In this document: piece after piece, positions 38,687-48,132 of the stretch
Numbering within the stretch: the stretch's first letter is position 1
Layout of the letters: the number at the start of each line of letters is the position of its first letter
IMG/VR virus record: IMGVR_UViG_3300028025_003736
Span: 1 to 58,123 of that record
Origin: a virus
Lineage: Duplodnaviria; Caudoviricetes
Reading direction: 5' to 3' (one strand)
DNA length: 58,123 nucleotides
Position numbers and translations under genes: made by a program
Notes under the pieces: model-generated
What the model was told of the DNA's origin: nothing
The model's input: the letters and a program-made list of their open reading frames with translations, nothing else
Database searches by the model: none

Positions 38687-38948
38687 TAATGCAGGAAATC
38701 ATCCATCTTATAATGGATGGAGTTCATCTTCCATAGAAAGGAAGAGGAAATATGATAAAGAATATCATCAATCAGAAGAAAGGATAGAATATAGGGCTAA
38801 GTTAAATAAAGCCAATAGGGATGCTGGAACCTATGGGAATGGCGATGGCAAGGATATGAGCCATACAAAATCAGGAAAGTTTAAGTTAGAATTAAGCAGG
38901 ATTAACAGAGCGAGAAATGGTAGGAATGGTAAGTCAACTAAGGCTTAA
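38673..38948 (+). CDS. small basic HNH-related protein
   Basis: GDGKDMSH...SRINRARN degenerate HNH pattern. Confidence 0.5.
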   Translation: MAKNNNAGNHPSYNGWSSSSIERKRKYDKEYHQSEERIEYRAKLNKANRDAGTYGNGDGKDMSHTKSGKFKLELSRINRARNGRNGKSTKA

Positions 38949-38966
38949 ATTCACTATTTTCGTTGC

Positions 38967-39161
38967 ATGATTATTTCATTTAATAAGATTGATGACAATT
39001 CAAATAGTCTAGTAGTTCTTCATATGTGCACCACATTTAGTTTTGAAAGAATTTTAGATGAAGTGGCTTGTATTGAAATGAATGATATTATTAATGATGA
39101 TGGAATTGGTCCTATTAATCCATGTGAGCCATTTATGCTAGACCACATATACTTAAACTAA
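38967..39161 (+). CDS. hypothetical protein
   Basis: Last + strand ORF, fills the gap to the convergent gene. Confidence 0.45.
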   Translation: MIISFNKIDDNSNSLVVLHMCTTFSFERILDEVACIEMNDIINDDGIGPINPCEPFMLDHIYLN

Positions 39162-40186
39162 AATATATGACTTATTCTAGCTATTTGTCCTTGTATTGGG
39201 TGATGTATAAATGCATCAATTCCTTTGGGTGAGTGAACATATCCATTCCTATGATGCCAAGAGTCTGGTCCTGATGGACTTCTCATTGACTCAACAGTAA
39301 CACCCATATAATCTTTAGACTTCTTATGGTGTATGTGATGAGTATAGAAGTATTTATGCTTACATTCTGCCCAATCCATTCCCGTCTCATGAGCCATTAA
39401 CAGGGCCAAATCAGACTCTTTAGCACCATCTCCATGAGTAGTTCCAATTATATTATTATGATATCTAAAATACTTCCTATGGTTTATAGATGTATTGAAT
39501 GTAACATTCTTGCTCTTTGAGAACCATGAGCTTATTGTATCGGCTAAAAAATATCCAGACATATAGTCGTGGTTGGATGGGTCGTATTGAACATACACAT
39601 CAGCCAAAGTCATCAACATCTCAATAATCTTTATATGAAGAGACTTAGCTACTAAAAAGTTGTTGTGCCACATACCATCTGTATCTTGTGGCGTACCGCT
39701 AGTGGTAGTTCTTTTTGTATTGTCTGTATGAAGTATATCATTACCTATGACATACATTATCTTATCAAAATAAAAGCCATTGCACTTTTTAAGCAATGAC
39801 TCTACTCCATCAACAACCCTTTTAACAGCTATTTCTACGTTATAATCCTCTCCTGTTTCATTAGCTGTTGCTAGCTTCCCTATATGTATATCAGATGGGT
39901 CTATTACTAATAGATGGCTATCATTTAATTTAGTTCTTTTTATGATTGGGTATACAGGAGTATACTTAGTCATATCACTTAGAATTTCATCCCTAACGTC
40001 TAGGTATGATATAGATGCAGACTTTACGTTTATGGAGAAGTTTTCGCCTTTATACCAATAGTGCTTTACATCTTCAATTGGTATTCCCTTTTCTTCGCAC
40101 TCCTGTTTTAACGCTTCGTGTCTTTGTCTTAGGTGTTTTATTACCTCGTATTCCTCCGGGCTTAATCGTGGGCGAAATGATGACAT
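39158..40186 (-). CDS. calcineurin-like metallophosphoesterase
   Basis: SDIHIGK, GNDILHTD, PSNHD, THGD and HHIHH metal-binding motifs. Confidence 0.8.
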   Translation of the reverse strand: MSSFRPRLSPEEYEVIKHLRQRHEALKQECEEKGIPIEDVKHYWYKGENFSINVKSASISYLDVRDEILSDMTKYTPVYPIIKRTKLNDSHLLVIDPSDIHIGKLATANETGEDYNVEIAVKRVVDGVESLLKKCNGFYFDKIMYVIGNDILHTDNTKRTTTSGTPQDTDGMWHNNFLVAKSLHIKIIEMLMTLADVYVQYDPSNHDYMSGYFLADTISSWFSKSKNVTFNTSINHRKYFRYHNNIIGTTHGDGAKESDLALLMAHETGMDWAECKHKYFYTHHIHHKKSKDYMGVTVESMRSPSGPDSWHHRNGYVHSPKGIDAFIHHPIQGQIARISHIF

Positions 40187-40577
40187 CGGTATATGGTTTG
40201 GTTGCTAAATTACAAACATTTTTTATATAATCTAATGTTTTTTGACATTCTTTTTGGTTTTTGGGTAAAAATATCTCAGGAGATTTACCTTCTGAGTACA
40301 TTTTATACTTCAATAGTTTCCACTTTAGCTTGTTGTCATTTCTTTGAAATCCTTTTGTGTCTACAATTATATTAATCCCATGAGTAGTAAAGTCAAAGTC
40401 AACGGTCAAAGTCATTGCTCTAACCGTTGATTTGTTGTACTTGAATGAAGGGTGTAAAGTATATGTTTTTTGAAACGTAAAGTCTATTTTTGAGTTTAAT
40501 ACTAACTCATAGAAATATAACTCAAGTCTTGAGTCAAACTTTACTCCATACTTTTCAACCTTTTTAATCTGCCTCAT
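40074..40577 (-). CDS. DUF1064-like PD-(D/E)xK endonuclease
   Basis: GVKFDSRLE...VDF...IVDTKGF...KWKLL. Confidence 0.7.
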   Translation of the reverse strand: MRQIKKVEKYGVKFDSRLELYFYELVLNSKIDFTFQKTYTLHPSFKYNKSTVRAMTLTVDFDFTTHGINIIVDTKGFQRNDNKLKWKLLKYKMYSEGKSPEIFLPKNQKECQKTLDYIKNVCNLATKPYTDVIISPTIKPGGIRGNKTPKTKTRSVKTGVRRKGNTN

Positions 40578-40585
40578 ATATAGAA

Positions 40586-40984
40586 TTATAACATGTTCAT
40601 TTCTTGCTTAGAATAAGATAATGCGCTTCTTAGAAGGTCCATTTTATAATGCGCTTCCTTAATTAGCAATTCACAAAGTACGTTATAAAAAGAGCAGTCT
40701 CCTATCTCGTATGCTATTACTATCTTCTTTTCTGTAGCACCCATTTCCTGGTTATTTAAGTTCATACACTTTTGGAATGACAGCTTCTCTGTTAAAAACT
40801 GAAACTGAGCTTTTGCTGTTACTCCTTGTCCCATAACTTCTGTAAGTTCAGACATATGGCCAACTATTTCAGCGGGGTTTGCACAGTCTACTTTTTTAGA
40901 AACAACTTTCCTGAATGTTTCATGCATATCAACACTCTTTTCAAATGCTGACTGCAATCCTTTGTCCGTAAAAACTTCTTTCAT
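40586..40984 (-). CDS. helical protein, possibly a recombination mediator
   Basis: Coiled C-terminus MDLLRSALSYSKQEM; function uncertain. Confidence 0.45.
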   Translation of the reverse strand: MKEVFTDKGLQSAFEKSVDMHETFRKVVSKKVDCANPAEIVGHMSELTEVMGQGVTAKAQFQFLTEKLSFQKCMNLNNQEMGATEKKIVIAYEIGDCSFYNVLCELLIKEAHYKMDLLRSALSYSKQEMNML

Positions 40985-41346
40985 AATAATTGATTTATTG
41001 GTATTAAAATAATTTTTGATGTATTTCCATCTCCCGCATTTAGTATGCGTCCACTCTTATACCAAAACCTAGCCAACTCTTTAAGCCTTTCTATTGTAAT
41101 GAAAATAACAGTTTTGTTCTCTCCTATTACAAACGCCCAATAGTCAGCTTTTGTTGTTGCTATACCACTTGGTAAACCCCTTGACGCATACTCTATAGCG
41201 ACATTCCCTGTCATATGAGCCATCCTATCTGTTTTTACTTCTACCTTCTTTACTCCGTTAAGAATCTCAAGAACAAGATTTTCACCATGAGTACCGTAAA
41301 CTACGTCAATGTCAAATGCTCTTTGTTTGCTTCCTACGTTTTTCAT
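40981..41346 (-). CDS. PD-(D/E)xK-like nuclease family protein
   Basis: VEVKTDR...TGNVAIEY...PSGIATTKADYW. Confidence 0.6.
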   Translation of the reverse strand: MKNVGSKQRAFDIDVVYGTHGENLVLEILNGVKKVEVKTDRMAHMTGNVAIEYASRGLPSGIATTKADYWAFVIGENKTVIFITIERLKELARFWYKSGRILNAGDGNTSKIILIPINQLL

Positions 41347-41570
41347 TTTACATATCTTATTGCTATTTCTTTATCAAGGAAAGGTGCGTATATCCTGTTA
41401 CGCTTAGCTGCTGCATTTTTTATTGCAGTATACCCTATTCCAAGTTTCTGTTCAGCAAGTTTAAGGGTCTTGTATTTAATAGCTTTGTTTTTTCTTTCTT
41501 CTATATTTTTTATTGAAACATCGTACACGATTACACTAACTCTTGAATCTTCAATAAACTCATATCCCAT
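41343..41570 (-). CDS. NUMOD1-like small HTH protein
   Basis: YKTLKLAEQKLGIGYTAIKNAA. Confidence 0.5.
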   Translation of the reverse strand: MGYEFIEDSRVSVIVYDVSIKNIEERKNKAIKYKTLKLAEQKLGIGYTAIKNAAAKRNRIYAPFLDKEIAIRYVK

Positions 41571-41571
41571 A

Positions 41572-43386
41572 TTACAATAATTTATATTTAATTAAGACTT
41601 GCTCCCTATTAAATGGTAGGTAATCATTATCATCAACAAACTCTATTCCGTTTACCATCTTAAGCCTTACAGGAGAGCCTTGAGAAGTTGCCTTTCCACC
41701 TGTTTCTCTATTTCTAATCTTGTCAATAGATATTTCAGTGTACATCCATTCGTTAGGGTCTTTAATCTTCCTATGAAGTGTCATAAAATTGTCAGACCTG
41801 TTGTATAGTGCAGCACCGCCTTCTGTATCTGATGCGTGAGGCATCTTCTGATGTCCTGAAGAATCTCTGTCTCTTTGTGAAGCTGTAGTGGTATGTACAG
41901 AAAGAAAAATTGTTGTATTATACTTCTTTGTAAAGTTAAGCATTTCGCTATAGGCTTCATAGTCATATATATATTTATTTTTAGCAGCCGTAAGTTCCAT
42001 CTTTAATGAATTATACGGGTCAATAAATACACCTTTTAGAGACTTATATCCCATTAGTATTTTTGCATGCTCCAATAGGTCTTTATAGGAATACATGTTG
42101 TCTGTTGACATCATAAAGAAATGCTCATCAACAAATTTCAATGAGATGTTATGCTCCCTGTCATCCATTTGACTTATTCTCTTACCTACAAAGAACTCCA
42201 TAATCTTCATCTTAACAGATGCTGATTGATTCTCTCCTGTATATACCATCCAATTCCAATCATATTTAAGGGCAGATAGGAATAGAAACCATAGATTTAC
42301 TGTTGTCTTACCTATATGAGAATGAGCAAGAGATGCGTAGAACTCTCCTTCCTTTAGTCTAAAGTATTGGTCTAGTTCGTAGTGCCCAATAGGGAGACCC
42401 ATTGGTATAAGACCTGCCCTAAACTTATATATAAAGTCATCATCTTTGGCATTATTTGAAAGGAATGATAATTCCTCCTCCATAACTCCTATCTCTCTAA
42501 CAGCTTCTCTAAAGTCCTCTTCAATTTCAGATATAGGCCTAGCCATACCATGCCTAAGACCATCTTCTATTGTCTTCCTGGCTAGTATAGGGTCATCTAT
42601 ATTTCTCTTATTAATCTCATGCATCAATAAGTTTAGGGATACATCATATTCAACTGTTTTTGTTGCTACGTATCCGCCTAGAAGATTTGAAGCTCTGAGT
42701 AAAACCATATGCTTGTTCCCATCAGGAGCAGACCTAATCATTCTACAAGCAATATCTACCTTCTTATAGTCTGTATTTCCATCTCCTATTGATATCTTAG
42801 ATGGTTTCTTTTCTTCTTCTATGTCTATATCGTAAAATACAGATGATGATGTATTTATATAAATATCTGGGTCATATGAAACATATAGAACCCTGCTTAC
42901 ATTTTGAGCAGTAGTATCAAGTCCTTTATATCTTTTTATTATTGACCTATAGTGCTGTTGATGCTTATTACCATCACCAATCTTTATTAGTCCGTGAAGT
43001 CCTTTGCCTGATGCTGAACGCCACAGTGCATAAATAAATTGGTCATTAGATAACTGCTCTTTTACACCATCAATATTATCTACATCATCTATGTCTATTG
43101 GTACTAGACAGCTATGCTTTGTAATACTCTTATCATCTCTATAAGAGACATACTCTTTACCAGATGCATTTGTTTTTGTTATTGGCTTATTAAACTCTCC
43201 ACTAAATAGTACGCATGGCAAATTAGACTTTAATATTCTTTTTTCTTCATCATTGGCACATGCTCTAATTGTTTCTACTTTATCCTTATACCTACCATCG
43301 CCTATAGCTTTAAGCACAGCATCAATAGTTACTAGCTTTGGGTTAGATATTGAAAGAATATTCTCAAATATTGTAACTGCACTCAT
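41572..43386 (-). CDS. primase-helicase: BT4734/VirE-N-like primase domain fused to DnaB/Twinkle-type SF4 helicase
   Basis: LPCVLFSGEF, DIDD, SASGKGLHGL, SRVLYVSYDP; then AHSHIGKTT, YTGEN, FIDPYN, LSVH, DKIRN. Confidence 0.85.
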   Translation of the reverse strand: MSAVTIFENILSISNPKLVTIDAVLKAIGDGRYKDKVETIRACANDEEKRILKSNLPCVLFSGEFNKPITKTNASGKEYVSYRDDKSITKHSCLVPIDIDDVDNIDGVKEQLSNDQFIYALWRSASGKGLHGLIKIGDGNKHQQHYRSIIKRYKGLDTTAQNVSRVLYVSYDPDIYINTSSSVFYDIDIEEEKKPSKISIGDGNTDYKKVDIACRMIRSAPDGNKHMVLLRASNLLGGYVATKTVEYDVSLNLLMHEINKRNIDDPILARKTIEDGLRHGMARPISEIEEDFREAVREIGVMEEELSFLSNNAKDDDFIYKFRAGLIPMGLPIGHYELDQYFRLKEGEFYASLAHSHIGKTTVNLWFLFLSALKYDWNWMVYTGENQSASVKMKIMEFFVGKRISQMDDREHNISLKFVDEHFFMMSTDNMYSYKDLLEHAKILMGYKSLKGVFIDPYNSLKMELTAAKNKYIYDYEAYSEMLNFTKKYNTTIFLSVHTTTASQRDRDSSGHQKMPHASDTEGGAALYNRSDNFMTLHRKIKDPNEWMYTEISIDKIRNRETGGKATSQGSPVRLKMVNGIEFVDDNDYLPFNREQVLIKYKLL

Positions 43387-43397
43387 ATTTTTGTGTT

Positions 43398-43428
43398 AAA
43401 AAACCCCACGCTGTTAAAGCGCAGGGTT
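43398..43428 (-). terminator. intrinsic terminator/attenuator between SSB and primase-helicase
   Basis: Minus strand AACCCTGCGCT-TTAAC-AGCGTGGGGTT followed by a T-run. Confidence 0.65.
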
Positions 43429-43451
43429 ATATATTTTAAAGAAAGCAGTTA

Positions 43452-43739
43452 TTAGAATGGTAGTCCATCATCCTTAATTCCATCTTGCAACTCTTGGTTA
43501 GATTGCTGAGAGAATGTTTTTGCTTTTGTAGGGTCAGGCTTCCATGTGTCTAGCATTATATACACATTATTGCCGTATTTATCAGGAGACTTCCTGTCTT
43601 TTACTACTACGTTACAGTATCCTGATTCGTTTGCATTTGCTTTAAGTTCTTCAATGAACTTTTCTACATTAAAGGAAAGTTTTGTTCCGTACATTGTTTT
43701 CTTGCCTCTAGCTGAATTGAAATAAATTGTCTCTGACAT
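43452..43739 (-). CDS. ssb: single-stranded DNA-binding protein
   Basis: Small beta-rich protein with acidic DDGLPF C-terminus; adjacent to the helicase. Confidence 0.65.
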   Translation of the reverse strand: MSETIYFNSARGKKTMYGTKLSFNVEKFIEELKANANESGYCNVVVKDRKSPDKYGNNVYIMLDTWKPDPTKAKTFSQQSNQELQDGIKDDGLPF

Positions 43740-43795
43740 AAAATTGGTTTTTTAAAATTTTAAAAATAACCCCATGGCTAAGAATAACCGGGGCG

Positions 43796-44056
43796 TTAAT
43801 TGATGCTTATGGTTTGAAATCTTCTCTTATTGGCAATAATATCAATGTCGTATCCGTGCTGTTCAAGTATATCTATAACAGCACCCATAGATACAGCTCT
43901 TGGTTTACCATTCTTGTCTTTGTATTTTCCTAGATAGTTCACAAAGAACCAATAGTTTGTTTGCTTATTTGCATCGTATATCTCATCAAGTATTGACGCT
44001 ATACGTGGATAGGATTCGTGCAACTTATCTCTCGTTATTTGCTTTGTGTTTGACAT
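43796..44056 (-). CDS. hypothetical protein
   Basis: Operon packing. Confidence 0.55.
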   Translation of the reverse strand: MSNTKQITRDKLHESYPRIASILDEIYDANKQTNYWFFVNYLGKYKDKNGKPRAVSMGAVIDILEQHGYDIDIIANKRRFQTISIN

Positions 44057-44058
44057 AA

Positions 44059-44409
44059 TTACTTAATAACTCGTTCTATTGAAAACATTACACCTTCTTT
44101 AAAGTTTGACTTAAATATGTAAAAAACATCATACGGTTTACCATAAAAAATAACTTCTCCCGTATAAGTGCTTTCTTTTGTGTTTATGTTTTTTCTACTC
44201 AACTTAAATTTGAATATATCTTCATCTGTTTCAACAAGTTCATACTCGTAGTCCATGTATGTTAACTTTCCGGTTTCATCAATATCATACTCTAAAAACT
44301 CATTATCAAGACTTTTCGTTTGGAACTCAAGATTTGATAAATCCCTTCTTTGAAATGAATTAACTGGTAACAGTTCTTCTTTTATTTTTATATAGTCGTA
44401 CCTGCTCAT
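44059..44409 (-). CDS. hypothetical phage protein
   Basis: FQTKSLD...YDIDETGKL...YTGEVIFY pattern. Confidence 0.6.
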   Translation of the reverse strand: MSRYDYIKIKEELLPVNSFQRRDLSNLEFQTKSLDNEFLEYDIDETGKLTYMDYEYELVETDEDIFKFKLSRKNINTKESTYTGEVIFYGKPYDVFYIFKSNFKEGVMFSIERVIK

Positions 44410-44495
44410 TTAAGTGTGGAAGAGGTTTTTATTACCCATCTCCCAATTACTACATGTCATTGCGAATATACAAGCGAATTTACAAATATCCAAAT

Positions 44496-45248
44496 TTATT
44501 TAATCCATTGTGGAAGATTTATAGATATTGGGCCATTAAACTCATATCCTGCATCCCAAGAGTTTAGTATCATGCATGTATTAAAGCTGTCTGTCAGCCT
44601 TTGAACCTCCGACCATCCATAATCAAGGTATTCCTGTGATATAGGAGCCATAAAGAAGTTGTATGGTGATTTTGTTTCAGCTACTATATAACTCAGTGGC
44701 TTTCCTGTTGCATGATAATATAGCGCAGCTTGGATATAGTACATTCTATTGTGGTAGTCCTTTATGAATGTTTTTGGATTGCCATCAAAAGTTGTTTTTA
44801 ATTCAATCATAAAGTTATCTGACATAGCATCAATAAATCCTCGAAACGGTAGTCCATTGATGATAGTTGACCACTCTTTCTCAATTTCTGAGCAGGAGTG
44901 TATGGCATTTTTAATATCTGTATTTGAAAATACTCTGACAGCTATTTCGTTTGCCGTATCCACATCTTCACCACTTACAACAATCTTTCCTCCTGCTTCT
45001 GCTGAGAACTGTTCCCATGTGGCTTTCCCTTCCTTAGTTCTTCTATCAACATCAGGAGCAACAGCGAATAGTTCAGTAAACTGTTGGCTGTATAGTAGCA
45101 TGCAATGTACTAGTGAACCGAAGTTCATCTCTTTACTAGGCTCTTTCTTTCTGCTTATATATTGAATATAGTGTGAAGGAGACTTCGCAAACTCTTTCAG
45201 TGAAGAGTATGATAATGGTCTTTTTTTAAGTGTTTCTTGTGTTATCAT
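44496..45248 (-). CDS. RecE/exonuclease VIII-like PD-(D/E)xK nuclease (DUF3799-like)
   Basis: LSYSSLKEF.KSPSHY, FGSLVHC, DRRTKEGK, RGFID, ELKTT, YYIQAALY. Confidence 0.8.
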   Translation of the reverse strand: MITQETLKKRPLSYSSLKEFAKSPSHYIQYISRKKEPSKEMNFGSLVHCMLLYSQQFTELFAVAPDVDRRTKEGKATWEQFSAEAGGKIVVSGEDVDTANEIAVRVFSNTDIKNAIHSCSEIEKEWSTIINGLPFRGFIDAMSDNFMIELKTTFDGNPKTFIKDYHNRMYYIQAALYYHATGKPLSYIVAETKSPYNFFMAPISQEYLDYGWSEVQRLTDSFNTCMILNSWDAGYEFNGPISINLPQWIK

Positions 45249-45814
45249 AGTGATTTAAGTTTATCTGATACAGCTTTTCTAAATAATTGGTTTTGTTTCA
45301 TGGAGTCATCAAGAGACTTTGCGTAGTCTGTAATCTCATTCTTGTCCTTCATTGCTAATATATCGCTTACAGCCTGAGTAACAGACTCTGATTCATAACT
45401 CTGTAGTGCAGAATCATGCTTTCCCTTGAATACATCTATACCTATACCGACATATGAAGATATCTTGGTAATAGCATCTGTTGTTGCTCCTTTACAAGCA
45501 TCTCCTGGGTCATCATTTACAGATGATGCTATGCACTCATAGTATATCTTGTGGTCAGGAATTTCAAAAACTGTCTTAAGTACGGCAGTGAATTCAATCC
45601 TTTCCCTTCCTGATGATGTTACCCTTGTCTTCTCAATGATTCCAGGGCCTACAAGTTCTGTCTTAATTGTCCATGAGCCAACTCCAAACACATCGTTAAG
45701 CCTTTCTGTTACATAGATTGCTTTGATTGTTGACATGTTTTGTCTTGTTGGGTGCTGTGTTACTGCTTCTTTAGGTAAAGGCTTCTTGATTAAGTCTAAT
45801 TGTTCTTTTGTCAT
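45245..45814 (-). CDS. sak: Rad52/Sak-family single-strand annealing protein
   Basis: IKAIYVTERLNDVFGVGSW and KGATTDAITK...GIG; start MTKEQ at 45814. Confidence 0.8.
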   Translation of the reverse strand: MTKEQLDLIKKPLPKEAVTQHPTRQNMSTIKAIYVTERLNDVFGVGSWTIKTELVGPGIIEKTRVTSSGRERIEFTAVLKTVFEIPDHKIYYECIASSVNDDPGDACKGATTDAITKISSYVGIGIDVFKGKHDSALQSYESESVTQAVSDILAMKDKNEITDYAKSLDDSMKQNQLFRKAVSDKLKSL

Positions 45815-45893
45815 AATGCAAGCATTAAATAAAATAAAAGGTGAATAAATATAAAATATAAAATCATGTCTCGTATGTCTTTCCAAGTTGGAA

Positions 45894-46148
45894 TCATATG
45901 CTTATTTTACTGTGCTGGTTCATCATTTTAATAAAGTCTGATATGTGTACATACACAAGAAGTGTTTCTCCACTCTTCATGGACACATGTGTGCAGTCTC
46001 CGTTATTTTCATCAGATGGCCTAAATGCATAAACGTCAAATGGATTTATGTACGTATATGTGTCTTTAGTTACTTCTGAACCAGTTAGTTCTTTGTGGTC
46101 AACGTCATAAAGCTTAATAGGTACTTTTAAGAATCTGTCTGTGAACAT
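45894..46148 (-). CDS. hypothetical protein
   Basis: Start MFTDRF at 46148 avoids overlap with the upstream gene. Confidence 0.55.
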   Translation of the reverse strand: MFTDRFLKVPIKLYDVDHKELTGSEVTKDTYTYINPFDVYAFRPSDENNGDCTHVSMKSGETLLVYVHISDFIKMMNQHSKISI

Positions 46149-46149
46149 G

Positions 46150-46362
46150 TTAGTTGTTTTTATATGTTTCGTTATAATACTCTTCTGATAATATTCTATT
46201 TCCTTCACTACCTTGCTTAAATCCATCACAATATGCTTCTATTATCTGCTCTTTCTCTATTTGTTTGGCTTGTTCAAACTCTTCATCAAATATAGATTCC
46301 TCATATACTTGTCTTCTATTATATTTTTCTTGCAACCATTCTACTGCTGTTTGTTGTGTCAT
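46150..46362 (-). CDS. small phage protein (QTAVEWL...EKEQIIEAY...YYNETY type)
   Basis: Motif pattern common in Bacteroidetes phages. Confidence 0.7.
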   Translation of the reverse strand: MTQQTAVEWLQEKYNRRQVYEESIFDEEFEQAKQIEKEQIIEAYCDGFKQGSEGNRILSEEYYNETYKNN

Positions 46363-46365
46363 AGT

Positions 46366-46575
46366 TTATTTATTTTGGTTATATACTGTTTTGTAATATG
46401 TATCAGAGTCTTTGAATTGTCTTAATACTACATCTGCAGCACCACTTGAATATGCTCTCTCTATCTGCTGCTTCTCTAGTGACATTGACATATCTCTTGC
46501 ATCATTAAGATTGAAGCTATCTTCATGATAATTTGCATCAATAAATTCCCATAATGTTTGCATTGCTGTTTCCAT
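46366..46575 (-). CDS. paralog of 46150..46362
   Basis: TAMQTL...EKQQIERAY..G...YYKTVY. Confidence 0.65.
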   Translation of the reverse strand: METAMQTLWEFIDANYHEDSFNLNDARDMSMSLEKQQIERAYSSGAADVVLRQFKDSDTYYKTVYNQNK

Positions 46576-46601
46576 GTTATTTGTTTTTATGTTATTTGTT
46601 T

Positions 46602-46811
46602 TTATGGCCATTCAGGACTTCTGTCTATTATTATTTCTCCTAAACTACTCCATATAGATTCGGCATTGTCTCCCCAATAATGGTCACACTTATCTACTTT
46701 TATTGGAGGATTTGCAAAGTATGATTGATATTCACTAGGCTTTGCGGTAAATCTATAGCAGTTATCTTTATAGGGACAATCAATACCCGAACACATTGTG
46801 ATATCCGGCAT
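46602..46811 (-). CDS. small Cys-rich protein
   Basis: MPDITMCSGIDCPYKDNCYRF...QSYF...CDHYW. Confidence 0.7.
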   Translation of the reverse strand: MPDITMCSGIDCPYKDNCYRFTAKPSEYQSYFANPPIKVDKCDHYWGDNAESIWSSLGEIIIDRSPEWP

Positions 46812-46813
46812 AG

Positions 46814-46996
46814 TTATAGTTTATGATGTTTTAATGAATCAATCCATCCTTGGTCATAAGACCTATCTAATTCTTCTTGATAATTAGACTTGATAGATTC
46901 TATAATTCTAATACAGTTGTCTAGTGTTTGTGGGTCAGTGTCTAAGTTTGATTTAATAGACTCGAGTTCGTAGAGTAAATTCTCTAGTGTGTTCAT
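46814..46996 (-). CDS. hypothetical protein
   Basis: Operon packing. Confidence 0.55.
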   Translation of the reverse strand: MNTLENLLYELESIKSNLDTDPQTLDNCIRIIESIKSNYQEELDRSYDQGWIDSLKHHKL

Positions 46997-47045
46997 GTGA
47001 TTTGATTTGGTTTGTGAAATTACAAAATAGTAGTGAAAAGAAAAA

Positions 47046-47354
47046 TTATTTTTCTATAGATTGAAGAAATTTAACAATTGTATCTTCAAGTTGTTGCTGA
47101 TATTCTTCGGGCATATTAGAAAGAAGTCTACATATACTATCGAATCTTAATGTATCAATAGACTTAGATACATCTGTTTGTACTTTTAAGTCCATATTCT
47201 TTTTAATCCAAGACAACTTATCCTTAATAGGTCTTACTGAATCTTTAACAGTTCTTGATGTTTGCTTTTCTATAAGAATATCTTCTGCATATATAAGTGC
47301 GTTGCATACATTTACATATATAAGGAATATTGATTCTCTTTGTCCTTGATTCAT
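47046..47354 (-). CDS. hypothetical protein
   Basis: Helical 102-aa ORF in operon. Confidence 0.55.
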   Translation of the reverse strand: MNQGQRESIFLIYVNVCNALIYAEDILIEKQTSRTVKDSVRPIKDKLSWIKKNMDLKVQTDVSKSIDTLRFDSICRLLSNMPEEYQQQLEDTIVKFLQSIEK

Positions 47355-47459
47355 TTACCTCTAATTAAAATGTAAATATACAAAGGAAGCAATAGAAATA
47401 AAAATACAATAAGAAAAAAAATTACTTCAAATATTAATCTTAGTAATTCTAATGATGCT

Positions 47460-47762
47460 CTAATTGGTTTCATATATTTCAATTGATTTTGAATAAACAG
47501 TTTCTCCTTTAGCCTTAAAGTCATCATCAGATAGACACATATTCCAATAGTCGTGTATATGGTGTTGTACTGTGCTATGTTCTGCATATCCAATAATCTT
47601 AGCTACTTCTTCCATCGTTATGCCTCCTACTATATATAGTGCCCAACACGCCATCTTCCTGGGCATAATATATTGTTTATATCTACTCTTATTATTGTAG
47701 TAGTTTTTATCTACTCCAAACTGTTCTGCTATGTAGTCTAGTACTTGTTTGTGCTTTTCCAT
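47460..47762 (-). CDS. DnaA domain IV-like HTH protein
   Basis: KSRYKQYIMPRKMACWAL...TMEEVAKIIGYAEHSTVQH matches the DnaA C-terminal pattern. Confidence 0.75.
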   Translation of the reverse strand: MEKHKQVLDYIAEQFGVDKNYYNNKSRYKQYIMPRKMACWALYIVGGITMEEVAKIIGYAEHSTVQHHIHDYWNMCLSDDDFKAKGETVYSKSIEIYETN

Positions 47763-48030
47763 TAGATTATTGTTTTTAAACTATTACTGAATATAGATTT
47801 GAGAATAGGTGGTCAGAACAGAAGTTGCCCCCTTCCCCCTAAAGAAAACAACCTCTGACCTATTACGTCATATGAGTTATCGAATGAGGTAGGCTGTATA
47901 GGGATAAAGTTACATCCACACTATACATTTAACAGATAAGGCACGGGAATCTTTGGTAAGGCCATGCCTATATATTCCTTATACTCGGAACTTAGAGAGA
48001 CAGACGACTGCTTGCTAACCAATCCAAAAC

Positions 48031-48125
48031 AAAAAACCCACACAGGTCGCAGCTGTATGGGTTCAATGAAATGCGGGTTGCATTAAATCAAACCCGAATT
48101 CATACTGCGACTATCAATTCGGATT
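48031..48125 (-). promoter_or_regulatory. two-hairpin kissing-loop leader; second hairpin is an intrinsic terminator
   Basis: Minus-strand loops GTCGCAG (48105-48111) and CTGCGAC (48046-48052) are perfectly complementary; G-U pairs indicate the minus strand; T-run follows the second hairpin. Confidence 0.75.
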
Positions 48126-48132
48126 GACAATA

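Noticed and set aside
47351-47593. 80-aa minus-strand ORF as listed in the track
   Set aside because: More than half overlaps the DnaA-like gene; a shorter membrane peptide starting near 47473 may be real but is not supported well enough
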